DNA from: an uncultured Verrucomicrobiota bacterium
GTDB lineage: Bacteria; Verrucomicrobiota; Verrucomicrobiia; Limisphaerales; UBA1319
Length of the DNA: 64,000 bases
Assembly: GCA_964458325.1 (NCBI GenBank)
Contig: CAYWIM010000001.1
Coordinates: forward strand, 4,975 to 68,974
Direction: 5' to 3'
Under the pieces are notes generated by a model that was given only the letters and a program-made list of their open reading frames with translations, searched no databases and was not told where the DNA came from. Below, piece by piece: positions 1 to 10,136 of the stretch (position 1 is its first letter; every line of letters begins with the position of its first letter). Position numbers and translations under genes: made by a program.

Positions 1-486
1 GGGTCACCGCTGTGGTGGACAGTAGCACCAAGTTTAGGCATACCATATGCCACCGTACCCCAGGAAGGATTTTGGGATCCAAATACAGCCAGACAAATGG
101 GAGTTGATAATGTCGTTTGGCAATACGATTTCGCTTTTCCGGCCGGCATGGCATTTCAACAGACCGCAGGCACGGTCTACTGGCTTTCGGTCCAGCGGAT
201 AAACCTTGTCGGGCCGAATGATCCCTCGATATTCGGGTGGAAGACCTCGTTCGAGGAATGGAACGACGATGCGGCCTGGACGGACAGCGTTGGCGATCCC
301 TTACTTGGCGGTCCGCCACTAACGACATTTTGGAATGAGTTGATCATACAGGAGGATTTTACGGGTGCCCCATGGTCCCGCGACATGGCGTTTCAATTGG
401 CCACTGTGCCTGAGCCAGTGACGGTCTCGTTGTTGGCGGGGTTGGGTCTGTTGGGGTTTGGGGCTGTGCGCAGGTTCCGCCGATAA
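1..486 (+). CDS. PEP-CTERM sorting-domain protein (5' end outside window)
   Basis: Frame 1 is open from base 1 with no stop before the listed ATG at 97, so the gene starts upstream. The C-terminus VPEPVTVSLLAGLGLLGFGAVRRFRR has a PEP motif, a hydrophobic helix and an Arg cluster, which is the exosortase-type sorting signal. Confidence 0.8.
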   Translation, partial: GSPLWWTVAPSLGIPYATVPQEGFWDPNTARQMGVDNVVWQYDFAFPAGMAFQQTAGTVYWLSVQRINLVGPNDPSIFGWKTSFEEWNDDAAWTDSVGDPLLGGPPLTTFWNELIIQEDFTGAPWSRDMAFQLATVPEPVTVSLLAGLGLLGFGAVRRFRR

Positions 487-509
487 ATCAGCTCGATCGA
501 GATTTGCGA

Positions 510-540
510 GGGCGCGGCCGGAGCCGCGCCCTTTTGATTT
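510..540 (+). terminator. Rho-independent terminator after the PEP-CTERM gene
   Basis: Perfect 9-bp stem GGGCGCGGC / GCCGCGCCC with loop CGGA, followed by TTTTGATTT, 24 nt after the stop codon. Confidence 0.75.
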
Positions 541-648
541 GAGCTTTTATGGCAGGGCGAGCGCTCCGCACGCGTCGATTGTCCGCAGTGGCGCCGTTGC
601 GCGGTGCGAAAACTTGACTCATTTGGCGCCAATTTTGGGAAGTTCGGT

Positions 649-1539
649 CTAGAGGAGTCCCTGGTAAGCGAGCCAGAGGGCGCGATAGTATTTCATGACG
701 CGGATGGGATCGGAGCTTTCGGGGATCTCGGCCAGGCAATAGCCCTGGAAACCGGATTCATCGAGGCGGTTGAGGAGGCGGCGCCACGGGTAATTCTCGA
801 TGAACAGGTCGCGCATGTGGACCTGGAAGATCCGGTCTTTGACCATGTCGAAATTGGCGTCGAACCCGGCGCCGGCGAGGTCGGAATCGTTCGAGTTCCA
901 GCAAGCGCCGACACTGGGGTGGCTGGCGGTATCGAGGATGGATTTGATATTGGGGAGGAGGGAGGTTTCGGAGCCGTGGACTTCGAGGCGGATCTGGACG
1001 CCGTGGTCCTGGCCGAAGGCGCCGAGCTCGCGGAGGGCGCGGCCGATTTGTTCGAGGGTTTTTTCCTTGGGGACCTCGCGGGGGAGGGCGTTGGGGCGGA
1101 CCTTGACGCCGCCGGCGCCGACGTCTTGGGCGAGGACGATGTATTCCTTGGTGGCATCGATGTCGCGGCGGAGCTTGGCGGGATCAGGCGTGTGATAATC
1201 GAATGCGCTGCCGAGGCTTACGAGCTCGACGGGCGAGTTCTGGAAGGTCTTTTTGATTTCCTGCCGTTCGGCTTTCCCGAGGGCGACCTCGACGCCGTGC
1301 CGGTGCGTGGTCCGGAGCTCGACGCCGGTGAAACCGGAAGCGGAACAATTCTTGATGATGGTGGGGACATCCCAATCCTTGGCGAGGTTATAGGTGACCA
1401 AGCCGAGGCGCATGCGGGATTTGCCTGCGCCGGTTGCGGGGGCGGCGGCAGCGGCGAGCGATTGGCCTGTGGCCAGGGCGCCGAGGGCGCCGAAGGCGGC
1501 GGTGGCGGTCTGGATAAAGAGGCGTCGGTTTGTTTTCAT
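649..1539 (-). CDS. Sugar phosphate isomerase/epimerase (xylose-isomerase-like TIM barrel) with Tat signal
   Basis: ORF 649..1692 was trimmed to the ATG at 1539. MKTNRRLFIQTATAAFGALGALA is a twin-arginine signal. The mature part shows a TIM-barrel pattern (VELRTTHRHG, IRLEVHGSET, QVHMRD, GYCLAEI). The 51 codons upstream are Pro/Ser-rich and look non-coding. Confidence 0.85.
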   Translation of the reverse strand: MKTNRRLFIQTATAAFGALGALATGQSLAAAAAPATGAGKSRMRLGLVTYNLAKDWDVPTIIKNCSASGFTGVELRTTHRHGVEVALGKAERQEIKKTFQNSPVELVSLGSAFDYHTPDPAKLRRDIDATKEYIVLAQDVGAGGVKVRPNALPREVPKEKTLEQIGRALRELGAFGQDHGVQIRLEVHGSETSLLPNIKSILDTASHPSVGACWNSNDSDLAGAGFDANFDMVKDRIFQVHMRDLFIENYPWRRLLNRLDESGFQGYCLAEIPESSDPIRVMKYYRALWLAYQGLL

Positions 1540-1636
1540 GGGATCGGCGATGGGGTTGGAATGTCGTTGTTGTGTTGGGGGACAGGATGGAGGCAGCAGA
1601 CCGATTCCGGCAAGCCGATTCTTGGTGGGGCGGCAA

Positions 1637-4600
1637 TCACCAATCGCAGAGGGACTCGACGGAGGCGGCGGAGCCGTCGCGGAGCCAGCCATCGAGCTGG
1701 GCGGGGTCTTTGAGCTGCTGGCCGCGTTCGCGAGGGACGAGGAGGAACCGGCAATCGACTTCGGGGAGGGCGGTCATATCGCTCCAGAGCTTCTCGAACT
1801 GCGCGACGGGGAAGACGTCTTCCTGGCCATGGCCCCATCGTTTTTTGACCTCCTTGAGCGTGATGTAAGTGGGGATGCGCTGGCCGATCTGGCGGATGGC
1901 GGCGGTGATTTTGTCGGTGTGGTCGAGGTCATCCCGGGTGAGGCCGAAGGCGGCGAGCAAGCGGTCGAGGTCGATCCAGGTGGTCATGGTGTTGTAGCAG
2001 CTGAGGCGGAATTCGTCTTCCTCGCGGGGGAGGGCGAGTCCTTCGACGAGGCGGGGCCGGCCATTGACGCGGGCGAGGCCGCCGCCGCGGTCTTCGAGGC
2101 GGCGGTGGATGACCTCGAATGTGAGGCAAGCATGGGACTGGATATGGAGGCCGAGGAGTGCGGGATCGAGCGAGGCGCCGACGGTATCGATGTTGTGGAG
2201 GAGGAGGTATTGGAGCTGGGGCTGGAGGGCGAGCATGTCGCGGAGCGTGCCATTGCGGAGGAGGTTAGGGACCTCGTAGAAATGGCCGACGGGATGGAGG
2301 CACTGGTGGGGGAGGTTATCGGTGTAATCGTTGCCCTCGCCGGTTTGGCGGGCCCAGTTGACGAGGGCGGCGCGGAGGCTGTCGCGGACCTTTTGGGCTT
2401 GGGCATCGAGCATTTGCTGGGGCATTTCCTCCCAGGCGAATCGGAGGTCGCGGACAGTGGGGATGAGGCGGAGGCCGACGGCGCGGCCGGGCGACAGGCG
2501 CAGGGGGCCGGGGTAGCCGAAGGAGGCGTTTCGCTCGAGGTATTGCTGGATGGGATCGTGGGAGAGGTAGCTGGTGGTGATGAAATGGGGGGGCGGATTG
2601 CCCTGGAGGCGGCCGGTGCGGCGGCTTTTGGCGAGATGGACCTCGAGAAAGGACCGGTGGCGGCCGCCGAGTTTGGCGAAGGGATGGAGGGCCTTGACGA
2701 CACCGGCCCCCTGGGTCCATCGGCTGCCGGCGCCGGCGGCGAGCGTGACGACGGCGGCCCGGCCTTCCTCGAGCGCCTGGCGGCCGATGGCGACGACATC
2801 CGGCGCGGGCGCGCGGGCGCCATCCATGAGATCGTCGGGGGAGGCATCGGCGATGGTGGTGCTGGAGGGGAGCCGGTTTTGGGCAAGACCGATTCGGGCG
2901 GTGCGGAGGTCGGCGCGGATCTGCTCGTGGAGGACGGGGTCGAAGCCGTGGCGTTCGAGCCTCTGGGGCAGGCTTTCGGAGGATGGATCCTGGGTGCGGC
3001 TCTGGGGCAACAGGCGGTCGAAGAGAGCCTGGACCATGCCGCCCAGCTCGGGCCGGGTGCGGCAGAGGGCGCCCAAACGATCCAGCTCGATCCGGCGGAG
3101 GCGGGGGAGGCGATGGGGGTCGGTGCGCAGGAGAGCGGGGACAGTGAGCTCGTAATAGCCGGCTGGCAGGAGGGCGTGGTCGTGCTCCATGAGATCGGCG
3201 AGAGTGCCGTGGTCGTTGACGGCGAAGTCGTAGACGACGGGATCGATGGCGAAGGGCAGGGCGGTATCGAGCTGGGATTTAGTCTGGGCCATGATTTCGG
3301 CCAGGCGCTGCTGGGCGGCGGCGCGGCTGTCGGGATGGAAGAGGAAGCCCATGCCGCCGCCGGACATGCCGCCGAGCATCCAGAAGCCCCAGAACCGATC
3401 CTGGAATTCGGATTGGACGCGCTGGATGAGGGTTTCGGTATAGAGGTTGGAGGCCCAGGGGATGATGGACTGGATGGGGCCGAAGAAATTGCGGGTGGTG
3501 GCGGCGCCGATGGAATGGAGGTCGGACTGGCGCAGGGCCTCGAGCATATGGTCGAGGAGCGCGATGGCCTCCTGGCGGGCCTGCCACTCGGCGGCGGCGC
3601 GGAGGAGGTATTTCTCGGTGACCATCTCGAGGATGGGTCCGACGTTTTGTGCGAGCCCGCCGTGGACAAGGATGAGGCTGTCCTGGAGGCGCTGGCGGGC
3701 GAGAGGCGGGGCGGACTGGTCATCGAGGATGCGGTGGCTGGGGAGGAGGCGGCCGCGGCTGATGCCGAATTCGGGGTCGCCTTCGCGGGCGAGCTCGCCC
3801 TGGATGAGCTTGAAGGCGGGCCAGACGCCGCCCGAGTCCTGCCAGCCGCCGCCGGAGCCGCCCAGCCACTCGCCCAGGATGGCGCGAGCGGCGACGAGGC
3901 GGCGTTCGGATTCGAGCAAGGGGCCCGTGAGCGCATGGGTCTGGCCGGTGGCGCGCATGCAGACGGCGATGAGGGCGGCGAGGAGGGTGGTGGAGACGGC
4001 GAGGCGGGAGCCTTTGGGGATGTTGCGGACGCGGCTCACGATCTCGAGTCCGCGGCCTTCACCCGCGAGGCGGGCGAGGAGTTCGGCCAGGCTCTGGCCG
4101 GAGCCTTCGAGCCCGGGGGGAACGAGGCCGGAGGCGATGACGGCGGCTTTGAGGAGGCCGAGGTAATCGCGGGCGAAATCGAACAGCTCGGCCAGATCGG
4201 CGACATCGATCGATGCGCCCAGGTCGACGCTGGTGAGGCGGAGGAGAGGTTCGGAAATGACGCGCAGACAGGCCTCGACGGGCGGCTGGGGATGCGGATC
4301 GCGTCCGTGGATGCCGAGGTCGATCGAGATGTTGAGGACTCGAGCGCCTTCGGGGTAATCCATTCCCAGGAAGAAGATATCGCTCCAGCCGCTGTGGGAG
4401 AGGTCCATACGAACGGGGGTGCGTTCGCGGAGGATGGGGAAAAGGCCGCTTTGGGGGGAAGGATTGCGGAGCTGGGGATGGATGCGGAGGGGGTGGTCCT
4501 GGGGATGGCCGGTGCGGAACATCCATTGGTTTCCGCGGACGGAGCGGACGCTGCGGCGGACCTGGTTGGCGAGGGTCTGGAATCCGAGGCTATGGTAGGC

Positions 4601-4957
4601 CATGGCGAGGGCGCTGCTGAGGGCGCCGCTGGGGCCCTGGCGGGTTTGGGCAGCCAGGAAGAGCTCGATGGCCTCTTCGAACCGGCGGTGGAGCACGTGT
4701 TCATAGCCTTCGAAGGGGATGAGGCCCTGGCCGGGGATGCCGGGTTTGGAGGGGAGGTGGAACCGGTGGATGGCGTAGAGGAAGAACAGGGCGCGGACCT
4801 GTTCGTAGAGATTGTCGGCGGTTCGGCGGAACTGCTCGAGGCCGGCGCATTCGGACTGGAGGGCGGCGGTGGAGGCGGCCTGGCCGAGGCGATCCAGCGA
4901 TTGGTTGCGGACGGCGGGATCGGTGCTGGTGATGATGCGGACGAGCTGGCAGGTCAT
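1637..4957 (-). CDS. Multidomain sugar-1-kinase (GHMP) / UDP-sugar pyrophosphorylase (UDPGP family) fusion protein, 1106 aa
   Basis: Trimmed from ORF 1637..5461 to ATG 4957 ([14 protein letters not shown]), which overlaps the upstream stop as ATGA. GHMP motifs are [24 protein letters not shown] and [13 protein letters not shown]. The C-terminal ~480 aa carry UDPGP motifs [41 protein letters not shown] and [10 protein letters not shown]. Confidence 0.8.
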   Translation of the reverse strand: MTCQLVRIITSTDPAVRNQSLDRLGQAASTAALQSECAGLEQFRRTADNLYEQVRALFFLYAIHRFHLPSKPGIPGQGLIPFEGYEHVLHRRFEEAIELFLAAQTRQGPSGALSSALAMAYHSLGFQTLANQVRRSVRSVRGNQWMFRTGHPQDHPLRIHPQLRNPSPQSGLFPILRERTPVRMDLSHSGWSDIFFLGMDYPEGARVLNISIDLGIHGRDPHPQPPVEACLRVISEPLLRLTSVDLGASIDVADLAELFDFARDYLGLLKAAVIASGLVPPGLEGSGQSLAELLARLAGEGRGLEIVSRVRNIPKGSRLAVSTTLLAALIAVCMRATGQTHALTGPLLESERRLVAARAILGEWLGGSGGGWQDSGGVWPAFKLIQGELAREGDPEFGISRGRLLPSHRILDDQSAPPLARQRLQDSLILVHGGLAQNVGPILEMVTEKYLLRAAAEWQARQEAIALLDHMLEALRQSDLHSIGAATTRNFFGPIQSIIPWASNLYTETLIQRVQSEFQDRFWGFWMLGGMSGGGMGFLFHPDSRAAAQQRLAEIMAQTKSQLDTALPFAIDPVVYDFAVNDHGTLADLMEHDHALLPAGYYELTVPALLRTDPHRLPRLRRIELDRLGALCRTRPELGGMVQALFDRLLPQSRTQDPSSESLPQRLERHGFDPVLHEQIRADLRTARIGLAQNRLPSSTTIADASPDDLMDGARAPAPDVVAIGRQALEEGRAAVVTLAAGAGSRWTQGAGVVKALHPFAKLGGRHRSFLEVHLAKSRRTGRLQGNPPPHFITTSYLSHDPIQQYLERNASFGYPGPLRLSPGRAVGLRLIPTVRDLRFAWEEMPQQMLDAQAQKVRDSLRAALVNWARQTGEGNDYTDNLPHQCLHPVGHFYEVPNLLRNGTLRDMLALQPQLQYLLLHNIDTVGASLDPALLGLHIQSHACLTFEVIHRRLEDRGGGLARVNGRPRLVEGLALPREEDEFRLSCYNTMTTWIDLDRLLAAFGLTRDDLDHTDKITAAIRQIGQRIPTYITLKEVKKRWGHGQEDVFPVAQFEKLWSDMTALPEVDCRFLLVPRERGQQLKDPAQLDGWLRDGSAASVESLCDW

Positions 4958-5844
4958 GGTCGGGAATCGGGGGCGTGAGGGGCCGGGACAGGGAGGGAGG
5001 CATGGCGGAGAGCGAGGATCTCGAGCAGCTGAGCGAGGATCTCGGAGCGGTCGCGGCCTTCGAGGCCGAGCGCCAGCTGAGCGACGAGGAGGCCGTAGGG
5101 GAGGCCGATATCGTAGCGTCTGCCGCGGATTTCGTGGGCCAGGTATTGCTCCTGGCGGCTGAGCTCGGCGAGGGCGGGGGCGAGCTGGATGGGGGATGCG
5201 GGGGGCGGGTGGGATTGGATGAGGCGTTCGAGCAGCTCCATGACGGCGGCGGTCAGGACATGCATGCCGAAGAAGCAGAGGTAATGGCCGTGGCGCAGGC
5301 CGGGCACGATGAGGCTCTGCTCGGCCTGGGTGGGGGTGGGTTTTTCGAGGACGGTCTCGATGGCGTAGAGGCCGGCGGAGCCGGGGAGGAGGCGGCCGCC
5401 GACGGCGCCATAATAGGGGAGCTTGCTTTCGTGGGTGGCCTGGACGGCGGAGACGGCGCACTGGTGCTGGCGGGCGACATCGATCAGCTGCTGGGCGCAG
5501 TTGCGCCGCTCGTGGCTGACGTAGAGGTGGTCGCCGACGAGGAGCAGAAAGGGGTCATGTCCGACGAATTGGCGGGCGCAGTGGACGGCGTGGCCGAAGC
5601 CGAGGGGCGGGTCCTGGGCGATGAAGTGGAGGCGGCCGGCGTGCGCTCCAGCGGCGGCGGCGAAGGAATGTTCCTGGTGGGGAGGCAGGATGAGCGCGAT
5701 CTGATCGATGCCGGCCGCCAGGACCTCTTCGATGATGATCTGGAGGGCGGTCTTGGATTCGCCGTCCCTGTCGACCAAGGTCTGGAGGGGGAGGGTCTGC
5801 TGGTTGCGGCCGGCGGCGGTCACGATGGCTTTCTTGATTTCCAC
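4954..5844 (-). CDS. Sugar-phosphate nucleotidyltransferase (GalU/RmlA-like)
   Basis: [16 protein letters not shown] matches the NTP-transferase loop, with PLGFGHAV and LVGDHLY further in. The ORF's first ATGs lie in low-GC sequence that looks non-coding. GTG 5844 is preceded by AGGAA and fits the family N-terminus. The start is uncertain (5844 vs 5943/5967). Confidence 0.75.
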   Translation of the reverse strand: MEIKKAIVTAAGRNQQTLPLQTLVDRDGESKTALQIIIEEVLAAGIDQIALILPPHQEHSFAAAAGAHAGRLHFIAQDPPLGFGHAVHCARQFVGHDPFLLLVGDHLYVSHERRNCAQQLIDVARQHQCAVSAVQATHESKLPYYGAVGGRLLPGSAGLYAIETVLEKPTPTQAEQSLIVPGLRHGHYLCFFGMHVLTAAVMELLERLIQSHPPPASPIQLAPALAELSRQEQYLAHEIRGRRYDIGLPYGLLVAQLALGLEGRDRSEILAQLLEILALRHASLPVPAPHAPDSRP

Positions 5845-5991
5845 GGTGTTCCTGGGTTGATCCGGTTGAATCGGCCAAAGAATGGGGATGAAATCTGGTT
5901 GACACAAGGGCAAAACGCAATAGCCTGAGCTGTCAATCGCCATGAACATGAAAGCAACCCGACACAAGTCGAGGAAATCCTAATCTGCGCT

Positions 5992-6411
5992 ATGATCAAT
6001 GAATCCTGCTTCCTGGAGATTGCCCGCAGCAGCCTGACACTGGCCGATGCGCGCAAGCTGTCTAAAATCGTCTTCGACGAGTACCGCAAGCATCATTTCC
6101 TTGACCAGGAAGCACATTTCTCGGTCCAGATCAGCTGTTCGGACCAGACGGAATATCAGGGCGACAGTCTCAGCATGTTGGGGGATGACTCGCCGGTGGG
6201 AGACCGGCTGGTGGAAGGGCTGACGATCAAGGCGGACGGGATTGCGCCGGGGCCATGGAAGGTGGACCTGGAGATGGTGCCGGGGGATTCGCCGCACCGC
6301 AACTACGTGCGGATATCGGGGGCTGACAGCGGGTGGGTGCAGAACGTGCTCATCCGGTTTGAAGAGGCGATTGCCTCGCTCAAGCCGGAGGCGCAGTGCA
6401 CCCTGACATAA
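5992..6411 (+). CDS. Hypothetical protein (139 aa, no recognised domain)
   Basis: ATG start and host-like G/C-rich third codon positions throughout. No TM segment or signal peptide. I recognise no family. Confidence 0.5.
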   Translation: MINESCFLEIARSSLTLADARKLSKIVFDEYRKHHFLDQEAHFSVQISCSDQTEYQGDSLSMLGDDSPVGDRLVEGLTIKADGIAPGPWKVDLEMVPGDSPHRNYVRISGADSGWVQNVLIRFEEAIASLKPEAQCTLT

Positions 6412-6449
6412 GGCGGGTGGGGGCGCCGCCATCGAGGGAAGGCTGACGG

Positions 6450-6845
6450 ATGCGCAGGATGTGGGTGACCGTGGTGGCGGCGGGCGCTGTCGCGTGGGCG
6501 GGCTGCGGCCCGGTGCCCAAGCCGGCGCCAGGCGGTGAAGGCACGAACTCGGTTCCGGAGGAGTCGGCGCAGGCGGGGAGCAATCCGTTGACGACGCCGG
6601 TGGATTACGTCGGGGTTGCCGGGCGGGCGCCGCGCACCGCGAGCAAGGTTGTGGATCTGGCTTCCTTGCGGCAGGCGATCCAGGCCTTTCAGGCGGGGGA
6701 GGACCGGTGGCCCAAGGACCTGGGCGAATTGGTGAAGGAGGGTTATCTTCCGCGGATGCCGTCTCCGCCGGCTGGAATGCGATTCATCTACAATCCGCAA
6801 AACGGGCAGGTGGGGGTGGGGCCGGTATCGGCTCCGTCGCCCTGA
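6450..6845 (+). CDS. Putative lipoprotein (131 aa)
   Basis: ATG preceded by GAGGGAAGG. The N-terminus MRRMWVTVVAAGAVAWAGCG is a signal peptide with a Cys in a lipobox-like position. The C-terminal half is Pro-rich. Confidence 0.6.
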   Translation: MRRMWVTVVAAGAVAWAGCGPVPKPAPGGEGTNSVPEESAQAGSNPLTTPVDYVGVAGRAPRTASKVVDLASLRQAIQAFQAGEDRWPKDLGELVKEGYLPRMPSPPAGMRFIYNPQNGQVGVGPVSAPSP

Positions 6846-7029
6846 GGGGCCCCATGCGGGAAAGTCGACTGCTGCCCGGCCGGGGGGCCGCAGGGGCAGG
6901 CATAAACCGCTTGACAGTCGGGGGCGCATCTTTACCTTCGGGCGCGAATGGCTGGGGCAGAGGGGCCGAGCGGCTATCCTTTTCCTTCGGGTCATCGTCA
7001 AACAACCGGATCAATTAGCGAAACGTATT

Positions 7030-7794
7030 ATGAGCAAGTCTTATCAACGATCGCCGATGGCGCCCCGGGTGGCGGCATGGACGGCGGTGTTAGCGGGGGC
7101 GGCCTTTGGGGCCGCGCAGGCCCAGGATGCGGCGACGGCGGAGGCCAAGCCCAAATGGGAGAAGTCAGCCACGCTGGGATTCACGCTGACGCAAGGCAAC
7201 AGCGACACGATGCTGGCGACGGCGACGCTGCTGGGTGCGACGAAGTGGGGCCAGAACGAGCTTTCGCTGGGGGCGGACGGCGCCTACGGGGAGGTGGATG
7301 ACGCTCGGAACACGGCCAGCGCGCACGGTTTTGCGCAGTACAACCGGCTGTTCACCGAGCGGCTGTACGGCTATGCGCGGGCGGACGCGCTGCACGATTC
7401 GATCGCGGACGTGGAATACCGGGTGATGTTGAGTCCGGGCCTGGGGTATTACTTCATCAAGAACGACCGGTGCAAGCTGGCAGGCGAGGTGGGCCCCGGG
7501 TTCATCGCGGAGAAGCTGGGCCACGATGAGGATCAGTATTTCACCCTGAGGGTGGCCGAGCGGTTCGAGTACAAGCTGAGCAAGACGGCGCGGATCTGGC
7601 AATCGCTGGAGTGGATCCCCGAGGTGGGCGATTTCGAGAACTACCTTCTGACGGCGGAGGTGGGCGTCGAGGCGGACATCACTCCGAAGCTGGCGTTGTC
7701 CGTGGTCCTGCGGGACAATTACGACAGCGAGCCGGCCCCTGGAATGAAGGAAAATGACCTCCGGCTCATCAGCGGATTGAAGTATAAGTTCTGA
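7030..7794 (+). CDS. DUF481 (YdiY-like) outer-membrane beta-barrel protein
   Basis: Signal peptide ending AAQAQD, then WEKSATLGFTLTQGNSDT, alternating beta-strand pattern, NYDSEPAPGMKENDLRL and a terminal aromatic (KYKF), as in DUF481 family proteins. Confidence 0.8.
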   Translation: MSKSYQRSPMAPRVAAWTAVLAGAAFGAAQAQDAATAEAKPKWEKSATLGFTLTQGNSDTMLATATLLGATKWGQNELSLGADGAYGEVDDARNTASAHGFAQYNRLFTERLYGYARADALHDSIADVEYRVMLSPGLGYYFIKNDRCKLAGEVGPGFIAEKLGHDEDQYFTLRVAERFEYKLSKTARIWQSLEWIPEVGDFENYLLTAEVGVEADITPKLALSVVLRDNYDSEPAPGMKENDLRLISGLKYKF

Positions 7795-7912
7795 GGCCGG
7801 GCGGAGGCGCGGCAGGGCGCCGCGGCCGCGCGGGGGGGGACGGATCGATATAAGCGGGGGGCCATGCCGCGGGGTGCGGTGTGGCCCTCGATCTTTCAGG
7901 GGGGATTAGCGG

Positions 7913-9451
7913 ATGGAACAGATTGTGATTTTGGATTTCGGGTCGCAGTACACCCAGGTGATTGCGCGACGGATACGAGAGTGCAATGTGTTTTGCCTGA
8001 TCCATCCCTGGGATGTGCGGGCGGCTGAGCTGGCGGCCTTGCGGCCGCGCGGTTTGATCCTGTCGGGCGGTCCGGCGAGCGTCTACGCGCCGGAGGCGCC
8101 GCGGCCGGATCCGGGTATCTTCGGGCTGGGCGTGCCGATCCTGGGGATCTGCTACGGGCTTCAGCTCATCGCGCAGGAGATGCGGGGCAAGGTGGAGCCG
8201 GGGGACAAGCGCGAGTATGGCAAGGGGATGCTGCGGATCGCCGGCCGGGGATGCCCGCTGTTTCGGGGGTTGCCGAGGACCCTGCAAGTATGGAATTCGC
8301 ATGGGGACCGGCTGACGCGGCTGCCGCGCGGGTTCGAGTCGGTGGCGGTGACGGAGAACTCGGATTACGCGGCGATCGAGCACAGGTCCAGGCGGATCTA
8401 CGGCCTGCAGTTCCATCCGGAGGTGGCGCACACGCCGCGCGGTGCGGAGATCCTGGCCAACTTCGTCCACGGGATATGCGGATGCGGCCGGGAGTGGACG
8501 ATGCGGCGGTATGCGGACCAGGCGGTGGAGGAGATCCGCTCGCAAGTGGGATCGGAGCGGGTGATTCTGGGGCTGAGCGGCGGGGTGGATTCGAGCGTAG
8601 CGGCGGCGCTGCTGCATCGGGCGATTGGGGAGCAGCTGACCTGCATTTTCGTGAACAACGGGCTGCTTCGGGCGCGGGAGGAGGAGCTGGTTCAGGAGGT
8701 GTTTGGCCGCCATTTCCAGATCCGGCTGGCGTATGTGGATGCCTCGAGGCGGTTTCTTCGGGGGCTGAAGGGAGTGACCGATCCGGAGCGGAAGCGGAAG
8801 ATCATCGGGAGGACATTCATCGAGGTGTTCCAGGAATCGGCCTCGAGGATTGGGCGGGCGCGGTATCTGGCGCAAGGCACGCTTTATCCGGACGTGATCG
8901 AGTCGGCGCCGATCGGGGGGAATCCGGCGGCGATGATCAAGAGCCACCACAATGTGGGCGGGTTGCCGCGGAGGATGCGGCTGCGGCTGGTGGAGCCGCT
9001 GAAGTGTCTTTTCAAGGACGAGGTGAGGCGGCTGGGGATGGAGCTGGGCCTGCCGCGGGAGATCGTGTATCGGCAGCCGTTTCCGGGGCCCGGGCTGGCA
9101 GTCCGGATTTTGGGAGAGGTGACGCCGGTGCGCCTGGCGATGTTGCGGGAGGCGGATCGGGTGGTCGTGGAGGAGATGAAGTCCAGCGGCTGGTATTACC
9201 GGATCTGGCAGAGCTTCGCCGTGCTGCTGCCGGTGCGAAGCGTGGGGGTGATGGGGGATGAGCGGACCTATCAGTTCACGATCGTGCTGAGGGTAGTGGA
9301 TTCCCGGGACGGGATGACGGCGGACTGGGTCCGGCTTCCCTACGCGTTGCTCGAGCGGCTATCCAACCGGATCATCAACGAGGTCAAGGGGGTGAACCGG
9401 GTTTGCATGGATATATCGAGCAAACCGCCGGCCACGATCGAATGGGAATGA
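7913..9451 (+). CDS. guaA: GMP synthase (glutamine-hydrolysing)
   Basis: Full-length match to the GuaA pattern: GATase region ([30 protein letters not shown]), ATP-PPase loop SGGVDSSV, and C-terminal dimerisation end ([11 protein letters not shown]). Confidence 0.97.
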   Translation: MEQIVILDFGSQYTQVIARRIRECNVFCLIHPWDVRAAELAALRPRGLILSGGPASVYAPEAPRPDPGIFGLGVPILGICYGLQLIAQEMRGKVEPGDKREYGKGMLRIAGRGCPLFRGLPRTLQVWNSHGDRLTRLPRGFESVAVTENSDYAAIEHRSRRIYGLQFHPEVAHTPRGAEILANFVHGICGCGREWTMRRYADQAVEEIRSQVGSERVILGLSGGVDSSVAAALLHRAIGEQLTCIFVNNGLLRAREEELVQEVFGRHFQIRLAYVDASRRFLRGLKGVTDPERKRKIIGRTFIEVFQESASRIGRARYLAQGTLYPDVIESAPIGGNPAAMIKSHHNVGGLPRRMRLRLVEPLKCLFKDEVRRLGMELGLPREIVYRQPFPGPGLAVRILGEVTPVRLAMLREADRVVVEEMKSSGWYYRIWQSFAVLLPVRSVGVMGDERTYQFTIVLRVVDSRDGMTADWVRLPYALLERLSNRIINEVKGVNRVCMDISSKPPATIEWE

Positions 9452-9640
9452 ATGTGTGCAGCGGGAGGAGCGTCCAAATCCAGGAGCCGGCGTGGGGTGG
9501 AGAGCGTCTGGCCGGCGGCTGGGTTTGTGAATCGATCGGGCTTGCCTGATCGCGATGAAGCCCGGTATAAGAGTGGACAAGAGTGAGAGCGTCAACGGGC
9601 GGGATCAACGACAGCCTGCCCCAGTGAGCAGAGAATAGGA

Positions 9641-9982
9641 ATGGTGAACATCATGAAACACCCGCTGAAGATATCTGCATTGGTGCTGGCCCTGGCCGGC
9701 GTGGTGGCGGCTGGCGCCGACGCGAAAGCCAACTGGGAGAAGTACTGCAAGGGCTGCCACGGGGTCGAGGGGAAGGGCGACACCAAGCTCGGTCAGAAGT
9801 TCGAGTGCCGGGATTACAGCGACGCCAAGGTGCAGGCTGCGCTGACCGACGAGAAGATGTTCAAGTCGATCAAGGACGGTCTGACGAAGGGCGGCGAGGT
9901 CCAGATGAAGCCGTACAGCGACAAGCTGACGGATCAGGAGATCAAGGATCTGGTGGCGTTCATTCGGAAGCTGAAGAAATAG
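9641..9982 (+). CDS. Monoheme class I c-type cytochrome, secreted
   Basis: Signal peptide (MKHPLKISALVLALAGVVAAGADA), a single CKGCH heme motif and a distal Met region (VQMKPY). An alternative ATG at 9653 has better SD spacing. Confidence 0.85.
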   Translation: MVNIMKHPLKISALVLALAGVVAAGADAKANWEKYCKGCHGVEGKGDTKLGQKFECRDYSDAKVQAALTDEKMFKSIKDGLTKGGEVQMKPYSDKLTDQEIKDLVAFIRKLKK

Positions 9983-10010
9983 GCGGGGGGCATATCGGGC
10001 GAATGCAGGC

Positions 10011-10045
10011 GGCGGCGAAGGGGGGGATGCGCCGCCTTTTTATTT
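10011..10045 (+). terminator. Rho-independent terminator after the cytochrome c gene
   Basis: Stem GGCGGCG / CGCCGCC with an 11-nt loop, followed by TTTTTATTTT. It lies 29 nt after the stop. Confidence 0.75.
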
Positions 10046-10136
10046 TCTCGTGCTTGGGCGGCCGAAGGAGGGATGGGGCAATTCAGGGCCGCCCAGCTGA
10101 ATTTCCGTATTGTCGGGATCGATTCCTCTCGGTAGG

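Noticed and set aside
1394-4978. Very long ORFs antisense to annotated genes. Examples: 1394..4978 +, 13281..14966 -, 19087..20955 -, 32571..34922 -, 35061..39056 -, 43002..44618 +, 45147..46622 +, 59876..62422 -, 62486..63712 -.
   Set aside because: Their translations are low-complexity (Ala/Gly/Glu/Asp-rich or Arg/Pro/His-rich) with no motifs. The opposite strand encodes proteins with clear family signatures. These are typical shadow ORFs of GC-rich DNA.
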